Positions 9,575 to 22,195 of a DNA stretch of 64,000 nt are shown here, in pieces. Source of the DNA: Perkinsus olseni (taxonomy: Eukaryota); NCBI GenBank assembly GCA_013115125.1, contig JABANN010000031.1, positions 1 through 64,000 on the forward strand. Direction: 5' to 3'. The translations under genes were made by a program, and so were the position numbers. The notes beneath the pieces were generated by a model. That model saw only the letters and a list, made by a program, of their open reading frames with translations. It made no database searches and was not told the DNA's origin. The number at the start of each line of letters is the position of its first letter. The stretch's first letter is position 1.

Positions 9575-11528
9575 ATTCAGAGCTACGCTTTCCACTTCGA
9601 ACACGTCCATGAAAGGAGTGGATCGGACGAAGACTGAAGGAATCCCACGATAGTCGAAGAGGCCGTAATGGGGACACCTTCACGTCCTCGTCGCCATTGA
9701 TCAACGCGCCGTATTTTATAACATTGTATGGCACTCACGTGCAATAGTCCGGGGGGGAAGTAGTGTCTTCATGTTATTGAGGTCCTGCATTCTCACTACG
9801 GCAACGGAGTCTCCTGAATGGCGATCGTGAATCCTGGATGTGGTCCCGGGGCGATACGTCTGAGAACGAGCAAGGTGGTGACTTGCGCTCGACGGTGACG
9901 GGAGTGGTCGCCCGCTCCACGACGTTCTCCAGGAGAACAGAGTTGTCGTCTGGTTTGCGGGTCTTGATGCATCGTAGTTCACGACGGAACCTCCTGTCTT
10001 GCGCACCGTAGTAGCTAAGCATGTCTATACCACTTACTATTGATTGGCCTGTGCTGCCTGCGGGCGTTTGTCTGTCTGTTTGGCTGGTTAAGGCCGTTGA
10101 TAAACGTTTCACTTGTGATCCGTATAATCTACCATGTCAGACGTGTATAATTCTGTTTCCACTCAAAAAAAAAGAAAGTTCGCAGCGGCCGTGAGAGAGA
10201 AACTCGGCAGGTAAGATGAGATTTCGGGATTATCGCTCAATGAGTATTGGTATGATATCAATGCTCATCATGACTGTATCATATGGCTTCCTTACCCATC
10301 TATTTGTGCGGGGATGGTACAGTACTTCTGCCCAACGCGCTATGCGCATGCGTGCAGTCTGAGGTACCGGCTGTCATTGGATTAGGGACCCGAGCCCGGG
10401 TTTGACTTGACGGTTATTCTCACGCACAGTCACTCAGGTTGTGTGAAGTTGTTTCCTCTGCTACTGGTACTCAGTCACCGACTCATTCTCGTGGATCTCT
10501 TTTGCCTGCCGGGCTACTCTTCGATTGTCATTGCGTTTCTCTAGTTATGGATAGGAAGCACGCTGCGTTGACACGTGTGCACTAATCGGTGGCCCAGCGT
10601 CTACGAGGCTAACACAATAGAAGGCGCAGGCACTATAGTATATAGGTTATACCGTAACTTTGGCATCATAGACGCGCTGACTTCATTCAGTCTTGACGCA
10701 TTCCAACGTGATGGTTCGGGCAGACGGCGAGTGATGAACACACTGTGATCCATACGGCGAACAACAGCTCTGCACTTTGTCTCCCAGTTCTCCATAGCTT
10801 CACGGTGAAGCCTTCACTGATTATCTTGAGATCGAAGACTTGGGTTCATCGAAGTACTACAAATACGGTGTTGTTCGCCGATCGAGGGCCGCTGCAGTGC
10901 TGAAGTGGGTGGTGGATTTTACTGTGCAGCCGAATCTGTATTTCGGGTGGTGATCATAAGTTGATGTCAGATAATAACCAAACTGCAGTTCAGCAGTTCT
11001 AACGTCACTTTTAATGAACTTCTAACGGCCCGTTAGTAACGGGCCTCTGAGATGCCTCCGTTCGCCAAACATCTCGAAGCTGCACAATTTCTGAACGATT
11101 TTTGGTAGAAGATTGGTATAATATTCCGCAGATACTTGATAGAGATACCGCGCGTGACGGTGTCACGGTGATACGCTGTGCGTGACCTGAGAGTGGGCGC
11201 CGGTGTTCAGAATGGTGGCGACTGCTTGCTACGGGGGCAGTTATGTGGGTCCTCGACAAGGCGTCTCTCCACTATTTCCACTCATACAGTGCGCCGTGTG
11301 ACTGGGGCGTGCTCACGATACTCGAACTCTACCCATGCCTTTCGTTTATGTACGATGAGCGCTGCGGGCGTTCGCCCTGTGAATTTCCCGTCCATCGAGG
11401 GCTCTCCGTGGGTGAGATCTCTCTGTTCGTTGGTCTGAGGTCCTCGTTTCCCGTCCATTCAGTCTGTCACTCCGACCCAGAGCCGCTTCTTCGCTTCTCG
11501 AAGCTTGGGCTTGACGTTTGCTCTGCTT

Positions 11529-13756
11529 ATGTTGCCAATCACCGACGTCTTCCTCTACGTCGTCGGCAAGGCCACATCAGCGATCCGCTCTCGACCTTTC
11601 GTCGGCCTTCTCACAGCTGCAGCTGTAGTATCCCTCTATCGCCTCAAGAAGCACCGCAAGCGTAAAGCACCATCACTTCGTGCCGCATTCGGCGGACCTA
11701 CAAGAGTAAGCCTTGCTTGTTTCACCATCTGATCTGAATTCGGTGCTGCTGATGAGTATTTTTTAGTTCTGCAACACCCTGCTCGGACTCGTTCCGGAGT
11801 CCATACAGCATACTATCTCTACCTCAGAAATCTTAGCCGACACCTACGGGGATGCCTTCGCGATGAGGTAGCCCGTGTCCACTGGTGGTTGAATCAATGC
11901 GATTGATGTGGATTATCTGCTCATTCAGAGTTTGCGATTATTAGTTCTCCTCTGTTTCAGAATTCTGGGTCGAGACTGTCTCATCCTCACAAATGGGAAG
12001 TTGATTAGGGAAGTTCTCAAGAAGCGGCCTCACAGCTTCGTTAGGTCCTTCAATGACTTATCGAGCATCTCTGGCATGCTGACTACGGAAGGAGAGGAGT
12101 GGAAGCGACCCACAGGCGACTGGGAGCCCCGGCCTTCAACGCAGCCAATGCGACAGCAATGGTACCAGGACTTTCGCTTGTCGCCAAGAGATTTGTGAGT
12201 TCACGCCGGGGGAAGCATTTGTCACCATCCCGTAACCAATGGCAATACCAACTATCAGGTACGCCTACTGGAAAAGTCAGTCAGCCAGGATGGCAATCGG
12301 ATAGTTTGGGAACCCAAGAAATCGTTCCTGCCGGTTGTATTTGACTGCCTGTGCATTTGTGTATTTGGAAAGGACTTTCATCTCGTGAACCCCGACGGTG
12401 AGAACGTCACGTGGATTTGTCACCCCCGGCTCATATTCGTGCTTAGGGCTCTTTGTTTTCCCTTATTTTACAGGGAAAAATAAGAAAACAATTCTCATTA
12501 TTTTCAGACTTGCCAGCTCCTGATGGATCTCAAGGGATCATAGGAGCGATAGAGGACCTCACGACCGGCGCAGATCACATCCTCACTCGTGTCTTCCACC
12601 CCATCATGGCCCGAGATTGCTTCCCGTGGAATTTGCACCCGATGATAAAGAAAGTAGGAGTGGAAGTGTCTGCGATTGTCTCATCCCCACGCAGTTCCAC
12701 TCTGGACTCCGGCGCTTGAGCGAGTTCAGTGAAGATCTTGCCGCAGAGAGGAGAGCAGAAGAAGATTCAGCAAACCGAGTGGACCTCCTCAGCAAGCTTC
12801 TTCATTTGCGCAAGGAGGATCTCCAAGGAAATCTTGTGACGTAAGCTCTCATCGAAAGTTCTGCTGCGAGGTGTTAGATTGAGCATGAAGTCCCTTGTTG
12901 TAGGTTCTTCGTCGCTGGTAGCGACACGACAGCTTTGAGCGTTTCTTGGTGTGTTTGCTACCTTTGCCTTTACCCTCATGTGCAAGCAAGAGCTCGGGCA
13001 GAAGTTGACCTGCTCGGTCACGATCCGGAGACCATTGACGATCTCGACCATTTACCCTTCATTAGAAGCTGCCTCCTAGAGTCGTACATACGAGTAGTCG
13101 CTCATCTATAACTTCCTGGTGTGTCCTGGATCTACGATCAGCTACAGCCTGCCATCGTCGCGCTCGGGCACGAAGCCTTAATAACCGAGGTGTCCGTCGG
13201 TGGAAAGAAAGTGGCAGCAGGAACTACGGTTGTCACTTTGGTTCGTAAACATTTGCGGACTGATGCAGGGGGCGGAAGCCTGTTCAAGTAAGTATTCTGG
13301 CAACTGCGCTCCAAAACGTTGACGCCTCTCTGAGTATTCCCCCTAGCTCGTGATGGTTGAGTTCACGCTTGAATTCGAGGCGTCAAATCATAATAATAAT
13401 CGTGGTTAATTTGTGATAGCCACTCTGTGGGTTCACACGCCCTGTCAGCTCCCGTCGGGACATGCACCCTGAATGATGGTCATGCATGCTGCTCTCGCAG
13501 GCCCGATCGATGGCTCAGCTCTGACGGCTCCGTGGACCGAGCTCGTGTCCAAGACCTTCTATCATTTGGGTCCGGTCCCAGACAGTGCCCCGGAAGGGAC
13601 ACGGCTGTCACGGCAGGCACTGTTCTGTTGGCCACGATACTGAGACATTTCGAGGACATTAAGCATAACTCCGATATATCTGAAGTCAGAGCAAGAAGTT
13701 CCGTCAGTACCTGGCCGGATAAGTTAACAGTGTCGATGTCCCCTAGGAAGATTTGA
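11529..13756 (+). CDS. Cytochrome P450 (multi-exon; apparent frameshift near 12110)
   Basis: N-terminal hydrophobic anchor, GMLTTEGEEWK…RRLGAPAF, ExxR region split by an intron, PDRW, and heme motif FGSGPRQCPG. Confidence 0.88.
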
Positions 13757-13879
13757 CCACCGTCATTCTGTAATCGTTAGAACAGTCTTGTGGCTGCAAA
13801 GACGGTTGTTTGCTGTTAACCCCGTCAAATTCTAGTCTCAGATTGAGCCTCTCAGTTGTTCGATTCCCACACATTTTGT

Positions 13880-14460
13880 ACTGCCTCGTCCTTTGCTAGA
13901 TGGACTGCGTTCTGAAGTCTTCATTCTGTATTTGCAAAGTCGATTCATTATTACTTTCATCTTTGAGTCACCTGCCGAACATACGTTCTGCTGATCTTCG
14001 CCTGATCCTCGCATGCGAGCTAAGCTCGATGTTCGTCGAATTCTCCTATGCCAAATTTGCCTAGCTGCAAAACGCTGTCTGACAGCGGCTGTTATCAACC
14101 ACTTCAACAGGTTGAGTCCGTTCTCTCGGTTCCTAGAGGATGGACTATTTCGAAGGAACCATATCGGAGCTCGAATACAAGCACCGGTGCCTATCACCGA
14201 TTGTGAGGAACACCTTTCAAGGAGATCTACTTTTCAAGATAAGATGGTGTTGAGTGCAGCTGCAACAGGCCGGGCGGGTTAAGTAGTTTTTGTCAACGAT
14301 AACGTCCACAGAGCCAGCAATGTGTGCGCTTCTAGTATTGGGCGATGTGAATATTTCGCGCACGATTATAGCCGCGCAGCATACTATAGGCAATAGGTTA
14401 TCCGAGAGTTTGAAGTGGAGTCCCGGGTAGAAGTGGCTCTGGAGAAAATGTGGTTCAAGA
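13880..14460 (+). mobile_element. Possible highly degraded MULE (Mutator-like) transposase remnant
   Basis: Ordered motif echoes: YFHL, …AAVINHFNRL, DYFE/NHIG, STFQDKM, DNVHRASN (compare MULE GCxFH, YFExNYIG, RTNN). Contains stops and frameshifts. Confidence 0.35.
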
Positions 14461-16492
14461 AAGGAAATTGTGTTGAGAGAATTGTGGCAGAGAAGGGGAT
14501 ATAGCGATTCGTCGGGCCCGGCCGCCACTTGTCAGTTTTGGCAGGGGATCTCTGTTAACAGTCATTAAGTGCCGAGCATGGCGGGCCGGGGTCGAGGGCC
14601 TCCTGGGAGAGCGATCGACTTGACGATACCGAAAGTCGTCATAAATGCAGCCAATGTGATCCACGATTACGCACAAAACTGCCTCGGCCTGGGCGAGCGG
14701 ACGTCCAACTGGAACGGCGCTAGAGAATGCGTGAAGTACTTTCGTGCTTGCAATGCCGAGGTAATGGCAATGAGACTGCTGCGAAGGGCACCTACAATGG
14801 CAGGTAAAATTAATTGTGCAACACGGCCTTGCCAATGACATTCCCGAGGATATACGAGAAATGTGTGATGATATTCCGAAGTGTGATGCCAATCCTGGCT
14901 CCAGTGACGACCTGTCCACCATCATAGCAGCCTCCATAATAGACGGGTAATACCACTGCCGCAGCGCGAAGAGCGGGCCCACAATCATGTAGATGTTAGT
15001 AGTGTTTATTGGAATGACTCTTCTAGAAATATGTAAACTTAGTATGATGCGTCTTAAATTGATGATGATGGTGTAAGCATTCACGTGCCCGATGCTATGT
15101 TACTCTAACGTGCCGGACGCGCGGTACGGAAGTTCTCAGGAAGAAATCCTAACAACTTTCAGATCGTCATTGCGGCGGCAGATGGCATACTGCGTATCAC
15201 GTATACTGATTATCATATTTTTACTGACACGCGGGTTTCTATAAACTCCTGTATATCTCCACTGTGTAGGTATTTCGTTGACAATGACAAGTACCGAGAT
15301 CACAAGGAAAACTCTGCACTTCCTGATGATATTGGACGGTGACAACGACTCCCTCTTGGCTACTAGCAGGAGGCTGCCGGTGCCCTTCTCAGGTTTTTGC
15401 GGACGAAGGACTCGGCGCGGCATATTTACTATTGCTGGATGGACGGGCGGTTTACGCCCTTTTTGAATAGGGGGATGGAAGGGGCTGGTAATGGGGCGGA
15501 GCTAGCGTGGCTAGGCTGATCGAGACTAAGGTTTTCTATCGCCCTGGAGCCTCGAGGTGCGGACGGCATGCAGCCGCTCGCCCAAGGCGCAGATGGTGAC
15601 GTCGTCGTCTAGTGAGGACTTGGAAATGCAGCCAGTCCCGTCACGGCGTCGGACAGAGAGAAGAGTAGGAGGCTGATGCAACAGAGGTTATTTTGAGATT
15701 GTTGTATCAGTTAGATAGGTGGGAAGTAGCTGCCCCTAGTAGACCACTGATGTCTATGGACAAATGGCGGGTAGTTGCTGCCACCGCCACATTGTGGGTT
15801 GACCCGCCCTCGACCTCCAGCGGCGGCCACTGGGGACGTTCCTACAAGGATAAGGTCCCTAAGGGTACTACCGGGCACACAACCGGGAAGAAGCGATTTT
15901 CGCTCCGCTAATGTATGCTGCGTGATGGACTATCGTAGACGAGACTCGAGTTTAGATCTTTAGCGGGCCGAGTTCAGCTGTGGGGACCATGGCAGAGGCT
16001 CTTTTACTTTCAGGGACGATCATCTCGCAAGAGTCGCCTCTCATGAACTTCGGCCCCAAACTTGGCGTTGCATTCCGGACGCGTGAAGGGTCGTGGGTGC
16101 ACGTTTACGAAGTAGACAAGAGTGGACAGCGAGTGCCCGTGTTGGTGCCCCTCAACAGCTCAGTACCGCACATAATTGGGGAGAGTAATCCGGCACCGCC
16201 GACGAGCTGACACCTTCATTCCTTCCACGACGCTGTGTTGCGTTCGCACAGTAACCTCGGCAGTGGGGGAGTTGGAAATTGTTCGCTCAGCACGGCGGCC
16301 ATTCTCGTTATGAACCGAGCTACCAGGCTCCTGGTTACTCAGGCGTATCGGTAAGGTTAGTTCTCCCGGTTGGGAGCTTCGGCTACGCTGCTGTCGAATC
16401 AGGGTAGCTCTCGTGGACTTGGGATTCTGTGTAACTGCTCATGGGTGTTCTTACCCCTCCCCTACACGTTCTCGTCGGCGGGATAGCTACGC

Positions 16493-17600
16493 ATGGCCTT
16501 GCCCTTCAGCCATCTTTACTGCATGCCATTCACACCGTCAGGCCTTCTGTTTTTCACGGCTACACCGTCCTTCATCAGAGCTGCTACAGGGGGTGTTGCC
16601 CTCTCCCGGCTGCTACCGATGGAGGGGATATGCAGCCGCAGGGAGGCTAAATCGTAAGCCAGCCGTGCCATGACGGTGCTCCTGTTCGCACGGGCTGTCT
16701 AGGTTCATTGAACTCGGACACGTCAAGGTTGACGGATCTATCGTCACTGATGGCGCAATGATGGTATCTTTTATTCTGTTCGGACCCGTCGTCAACCTCG
16801 AAAGCTAGGTACCCGAGGGTGCGGCCGTGGAGCTCACTAAGCGAGCCCTCGACGTCCAGGCCAACAAAGCAACTATACTCCTGCACAAGCCACTGTGACC
16901 TACTCTTCAATTTCGTGGCGCGGTGACGATTCTCCCAGGCATTACGCTTCGTGCCAAGCCGAGATGTACCACAAGCCTTCGGCTCGACGGCTTCTGACGC
17001 CGTCACAGCGCTGGGAGGCCTGCGCGACCAACCACGACCCTCGGCAGCTCCGGAAGCTGGTAGAGCGATTTTGAGAGTGTCTTCGTCGACTCCCTCGTTC
17101 AGCTCATCGCCGGTCGGCTGGACTCTGACAGTAGTGGGCTGCTAGTTTACACTCAGGATGGGAGGGTCGCCAAGGCGGTTAGCGATCGCAATAGTACGCC
17201 AAGTTGCATCACCGTTGGTCGCACTTCGGCGTCCCAGGTACGGTACCGATGGAGTACGAAGTCGCCCTGAGAGCACCCTGCAATGACGATCAGCTGCAAA
17301 TGCTGAACCGTGGCATGCTCATAGATGGGAAGCAGGTTGATGGCTGCGAGGTCTCGAGGGTTGAGGAGAGCGATGACAAGTGAGACCACCGTCAAGCACT
17401 TTTTGAAGGGGAGTCCTTTTAGGTTGTCACGTATTAGAGTAGTTGTGCGGTCACAAGTACTGTCACGACAGCTACAGCGCATGCTTGCCCAGAGTGGCGT
17501 ATCGTTCATGTACTTGCATCGTGTAAGTGTTGGCAATGTTCAACTGGGAGATTTACCAGTTGGCCGTTGGCGCACTCTCGGACGGGATGAAAGTTTCTGA
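16493..17600 (+). CDS. RsuA/RluB/RluF-family pseudouridine synthase with S4 domain (multi-exon)
   Basis: S4 domain LSRLL…GICSRREAKSFIELGHVKVDG, catalytic GRLDSDSSGLLVYTQDG, C-terminal LHRVSVGNVQLGDLPVGRWRTL. Confidence 0.88.
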
Positions 17601-17811
17601 CACTCTTGCTTGTTTTGTTCGTTCAAGTCATTTTTCTACAAGAGACTTCCCTGGGTGCTAACGAGTGTACATCACAGGTGTATCGCGCCCTCTCGTGAGA
17701 ACAGGGTCAAATAGGGTTTCCCTGTATATCCCTGAGGAAGGAGTGCCCAGCAGCTCTCTCAACTCTCAACAAAAGTTTGTAAACTTTGGCGAAAACGGCC
17801 GCCTGTGACGG

Positions 17812-19910
17812 TTACATGGCAAGGAACTCACCCCACCTCTCTCGGTGGCCGGCTCTGGATTTCATAGACTGCCCCACTATCATGCTCAGTCCCCCAGTCG
17901 TGCAGGTAGCATAGCGAATGTGCCTAGACACAACCGTAACACTGGCGATTATAGATGACCCCTCACATGCCCGCGTGAGGGTTCGGTATGCCCCCGTACT
18001 CTCCTTGTTGGTACCTGTTAGAACAAGAGCTATTGCGGGAGTCTGTTGCGGTGGCTCTATCTCACTGGAGCCCATGCGTCCCTGGCGGCGCCTTGACTGG
18101 TGGTGGCGTTTGAATATCGTACAGCCAGTGCTCTCGACCAGGCTTCCACCAGAACCTGTCGCCAACATCGATCACATCTCGGACGTTGCCGGATCTCACG
18201 AGTCGTTCAAGCCCTCGCCGGCGTGCGCCCGGATGGTTACACTCTGTAGGGGCGTCAAGGGGCTCGGTACCTATCGAAAGGCAGTAGAACGACGGGGATT
18301 GTAGCCCCTCACCCCCTGAGGTGCCACGGAGTAGCCCATGGCTTGCGCCATCTGAGCAGCTGCAGCTTGCATTGCAGCACTCTGAGAGTACCTTCAGAAT
18401 AACAACCATCATACCCTCCGACCGGTGCGCACTGACTTCGCGTTATTGGCCATTTGGCGGGCCACCTCCGCCGCCCTGCTTGCCTCAGCCTCGGCCCGAG
18501 TAACCATATGCTCGGCCACTGCAGCTCTGTGCGAGGCTTGAGACAAGAGACGTTCGATCAGCTGAGATATAGCAAGTGTGCGCTATATATTCGACATTTG
18601 TCTCACATTGGTCGCTAAGGCAGCCTTCACTGCAGTCTGATTCACAAGGCGCTGGGCGCTGGCAACGGCCGACGAGGCCTCCAAAGCAGCGTCATGCAGC
18701 AGACGTTCGCCGGCCAGTCTCGTCAGAAACACGTACCCTAGAGTATGCACCCTGGAGAAGAGAGGGCTGTTACACGTTCAGCCTCTTACCGTCAGATTTG
18801 GACTTGAGGTCGCCAGAGAGCTGCTGCGCCTTATTGATTTTCGATCCCCACAAATGCCGCCACTTGTCTGTCTCGTGTACTTTCGTGAAGCGCAGTGCCT
18901 AGCTGGACGAAAACTATCAACGCCCCAGAACGCAGCACCTGCTTTTTGGTAAGCGTCGAAGAGATCGTGCTCCGTCTTATCCGCGCCGGGGAATGCAGTG
19001 GAATGGATTCGATGACCGCTCGCCTATCACAAAGTCATTGGCTCTTTGACTATTCGGCACGGCATCACATTCTGGTCGTGGGTGACAGCGAAGCTCGCCT
19101 TCTTGGGTTCGTCAGCGAGGTGCTGCATTGCCTTCGCGAACTCGGCTTTTCGAGCAGCATCCAGTGACTTTGTTGCAAGCGTCTGATACCGAAGCAAGAA
19201 TGATTAGTCGAATTCGGAGGACGCGTCACATGGGCCATAAGCGCCTGCTTAGTGGCTGTGTCCACCATTTTCTGGGCGAGCTTCTGACTAGTGATGGCCT
19301 GGCTGGCGATTTGGTCAACCTGTGCGGCACCGGTCACCGCAGCAGCCACTTGCTGCAGCGGACCAGATGTTGGCCGTCCTTCTGCATCTGCTCACCAATG
19401 AGGGCCGCCCACCGCATCAGCTTGCTCGCATCCCGCTGTGTTTGCAGCACGTAACTAATGAGTGCCGCATAGCATCTCCGAGGAGCCCAGCTTGCAGGTG
19501 GCTACTCATGGGTCTTCTCGCGCATCACTTCGATGTCCCCAGCAGCCGAGTCGGCCTGCCGCGAGATATGTCGATCGGCCAGCACTCGAGCCTCACCATC
19601 TTGGAGGCAACGAAAGCATGGTTGGCCCAGTTGGTCGCGGCCTCTGCTGGTGGCGGCGGAAGACTGTTGGGACGTGGTGGATGATGCCACTCCCGACTGA
19701 AGCCTGCAGGACGTGGCCCAGAGCGTTCAGCTGGGCCGTACCGTCGTCCACCTCGTAGCCTGGCCCCTTGAACACTGGACACGTGCACTTCCATTTTCCT
19801 GGTGTTTCCTTCGAGCCTTTGGCAGGGTGCTTTGATGCGCCGTGGTGCTTCAACGCAGCGTGACCGTGATGAGCTGCTGTCGAGTGATGCGCGTTAGGGC
19901 TCACATGACC
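17812..19910 (-). CDS. Hypothetical multi-exon protein(s); boundaries uncertain
   Basis: Chain of protein-like exon ORFs (HHGASKHPAKGSKETPGKWKCTCP…, AAQVDQIASQAITSQKLAQKMVD…) separated by short introns. Confidence 0.45.
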
Positions 19911-20234
19911 TGTTAAGTGCCGAAATGGACTCTGACTGTATAGACGGACGACAATCCAGGAGCGCTGGGTCGCGTCAAGGCGTTCCGAAAGGTTCTACGT
20001 TGCCCCTGTGCTATCTCGGGAGAGAAGAATCGCCTATCGAAGCCAAAGACTGAATAGGTGGGCAAGCAGGCTGATCATGAAAAGAAACGCTACACACCTG
20101 CGAGGTAATGATGCGCTTGCTTCTCGCCCAGGAAAGCCGTCGTTGGCAGTGAGGGAAGGGCATGCGGTAAAACAAGGACCATCAGGAGGACAGATATCCG
20201 AGAGTAGCCCTAACGCGACGACAACGGTAGACCA

Positions 20235-22151
20235 TCACCCGTTGAACCGCACAGCTGCATTGGAATCAACCCATTTGATATGCCACACAAGAGACCACAA
20301 GCCATGGCCAAATATCTCCCATCGCTTGCCAGCCTTCAGCTCTACGAAGCCGTCGGGCCCGGCGCAGTTGACAGGACCGATGCCCTTGAGTAGCACTGTT
20401 AGACGAGCGTCCATGAGGCAGCGTATCATGAGCGGCTGAACATCATCGCTGAGATGTAGGAGGGGATTCGCCACCACACCCAAGTCACGGCTGACGACGA
20501 AGTACTCGCTGTTGTAAGGCGCCCAGGACTGCAGGTCCTCCTCGAGCAGAGAGCGCCAATCGAGAGGCAGGTCAAAGGGCATCAACGGCGGCGGCCACGT
20601 CCGCTCCTGTGAGTCAAGGATATCGAATCTGGAATCAAGGACTAGCTGGAAGGGCCGACCGCAGACCGAGAGCCAATGGTTCGAGCTCAGCTGATAGGCG
20701 GCCCCCGCTGAGCCGCCATGCGCCATCTTGCGCCTTGCGAACTGCACTATGAGGCTCCTGTGAGGAGTCGTCCCTCTCGGCATCATCGCGTACGTGTTCA
20801 AGATGTTCCTGGCGCCTGTGTGCCAGTTAGAGGCAGCGAAGTAGCCTAGCTTCAACTGCTTGTCCTTCTCCAGGGGATTGGGTATCGAGTCCCTGATAGC
20901 CTTGGATTTCATGCGCCATGAAAACTCGTGGTGGATCGCTGTCACTTCTGTGATCTCGTTGACCTCCCACAGGCTAGCACTTTCGAGAAGGAAGAAGCGC
21001 CTCGTCGAAAAGGCGGCTTGTCCGAGGACTATGAGTAAAGCAAGGAGTGCTCTCCAAGAGACCCCCGTCCTGTTGAAACCATTCTCGGTCTTAGCCGGCA
21101 AGAAAAGCAGCGTAGAAGACAACATGTTGAGCGGGAAAAATTGGATGCTCTGGAAGAGCCATGACAGGTTAGTGAGATGGAATGATATGAACATGCTTAG
21201 ACACGCGTAGGTGGCGAGGGTCTTCCGAGCGGTGACGGAGGCCAGTAGAAGAGGGCCGCCAACCAGATCGAGGAGGAGGCCGCCCCAGGCTAGAAGTTGG
21301 GCCAGCTGGAGTAGCGTCATGTGGTTGGGGACGAGGGCATCGACGAAAGGGAAGTCCCAGTTGTGCAGCATGGTCTCGGTGATGTAGCCGCTGAGCCAAG
21401 CTTCCGATATCTTACTGACACCCGCCATGAAGTAGGTCCAGCCGAGGAGGAAACGGAAGGCAAAATAATACCACGACGGGACCGTGCTGACCGCCCGCTC
21501 AGTGTTGAAGGCGCTGTCGTCATCTCGGATGCCGCCAGAGTAGCTCAACAGCGAGTCCGCCGTGTCCATCACTTCTGGCCTCTCTCGGTCTTTGAGCTCT
21601 GTGCCGTGGTTGTGGTCGTCGCTTGGGCCCGATGGTGCATACTCAGAATCAGTGATAGTGAAGAGAGCCAGCTCGAGGATGTTGAGATAGTAGTGGTTGT
21701 TCCAGTTGGTGAAGTCGGATACTCTCAGGTAGGAGTAGACTATAAGAAGGGGGAGACTAGTCCAGCAAGACGGTTCCAGTGCGATGAAGCAGACGCTCAC
21801 AAAGCAACCTGAGGAAGAAGATTCAGGAGGAATCTTTGCAGTGCGAGCGTGACTGAATTATTCAGCCGACCGGCTCACCGACGATGAGGGCGAGATCTAG
21901 AGTGAATGGTGTAAGGGGGACGTCAAAAGGGAGCTCCGCCGGGGCCACTGGACTGAAGCCTGAAGAAGAGTTCACTGGCCTCATTTTGCACCATTTGAGG
22001 CCTCACCCTGGGACATGATCTCAGCGGCATGATCGGAGAACCACAGGAGCTCTAGTAGTATGACAAAGCCAAAGCATCTCCGGTACAGCATGAACGGTCG
22101 CCCGTCGCTTCGGCCGGTGAACCAGGACGAAAGAGGTTGTCGCATCACCAT
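20235..22151 (-). CDS. Vitamin K-dependent gamma-glutamyl carboxylase-like (HTTM domain) membrane protein
   Basis: WNNHYYL, YFMAGVSKISEAWLSGY, WGGLLLDL, FHLTN, FSWRM motifs and several TM helices. N-terminal exon MRQPLSSWFTGRSDGRPFMLYRRCFGF. Confidence 0.82.
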
Positions 22152-22195
22152 TGAGGTAGAGCCTGCTAGGTCTTCTATTCGGGTCCAAGTTTGCG

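Larger units (their letters stand above)
3814..10173 (+). mobile_element. Non-LTR retrotransposon (LINE, I-group-like, with RNase H), near full length
   Basis: SL relic, gag-like ORF1 with three CCHC-type knuckles, ORF2 with APE-RT-RNase H-Zn finger, ~590-nt 3' UTR and an A9 tail at 10165-10173. Confidence 0.92.

Noticed and set aside
14455-16210. ORFs 14455-15084 (-), 14569-14838 (+) and 15980-16210 (+)
   Set aside because: No motif support and no coherent exon chain could be assembled; left uncalled.
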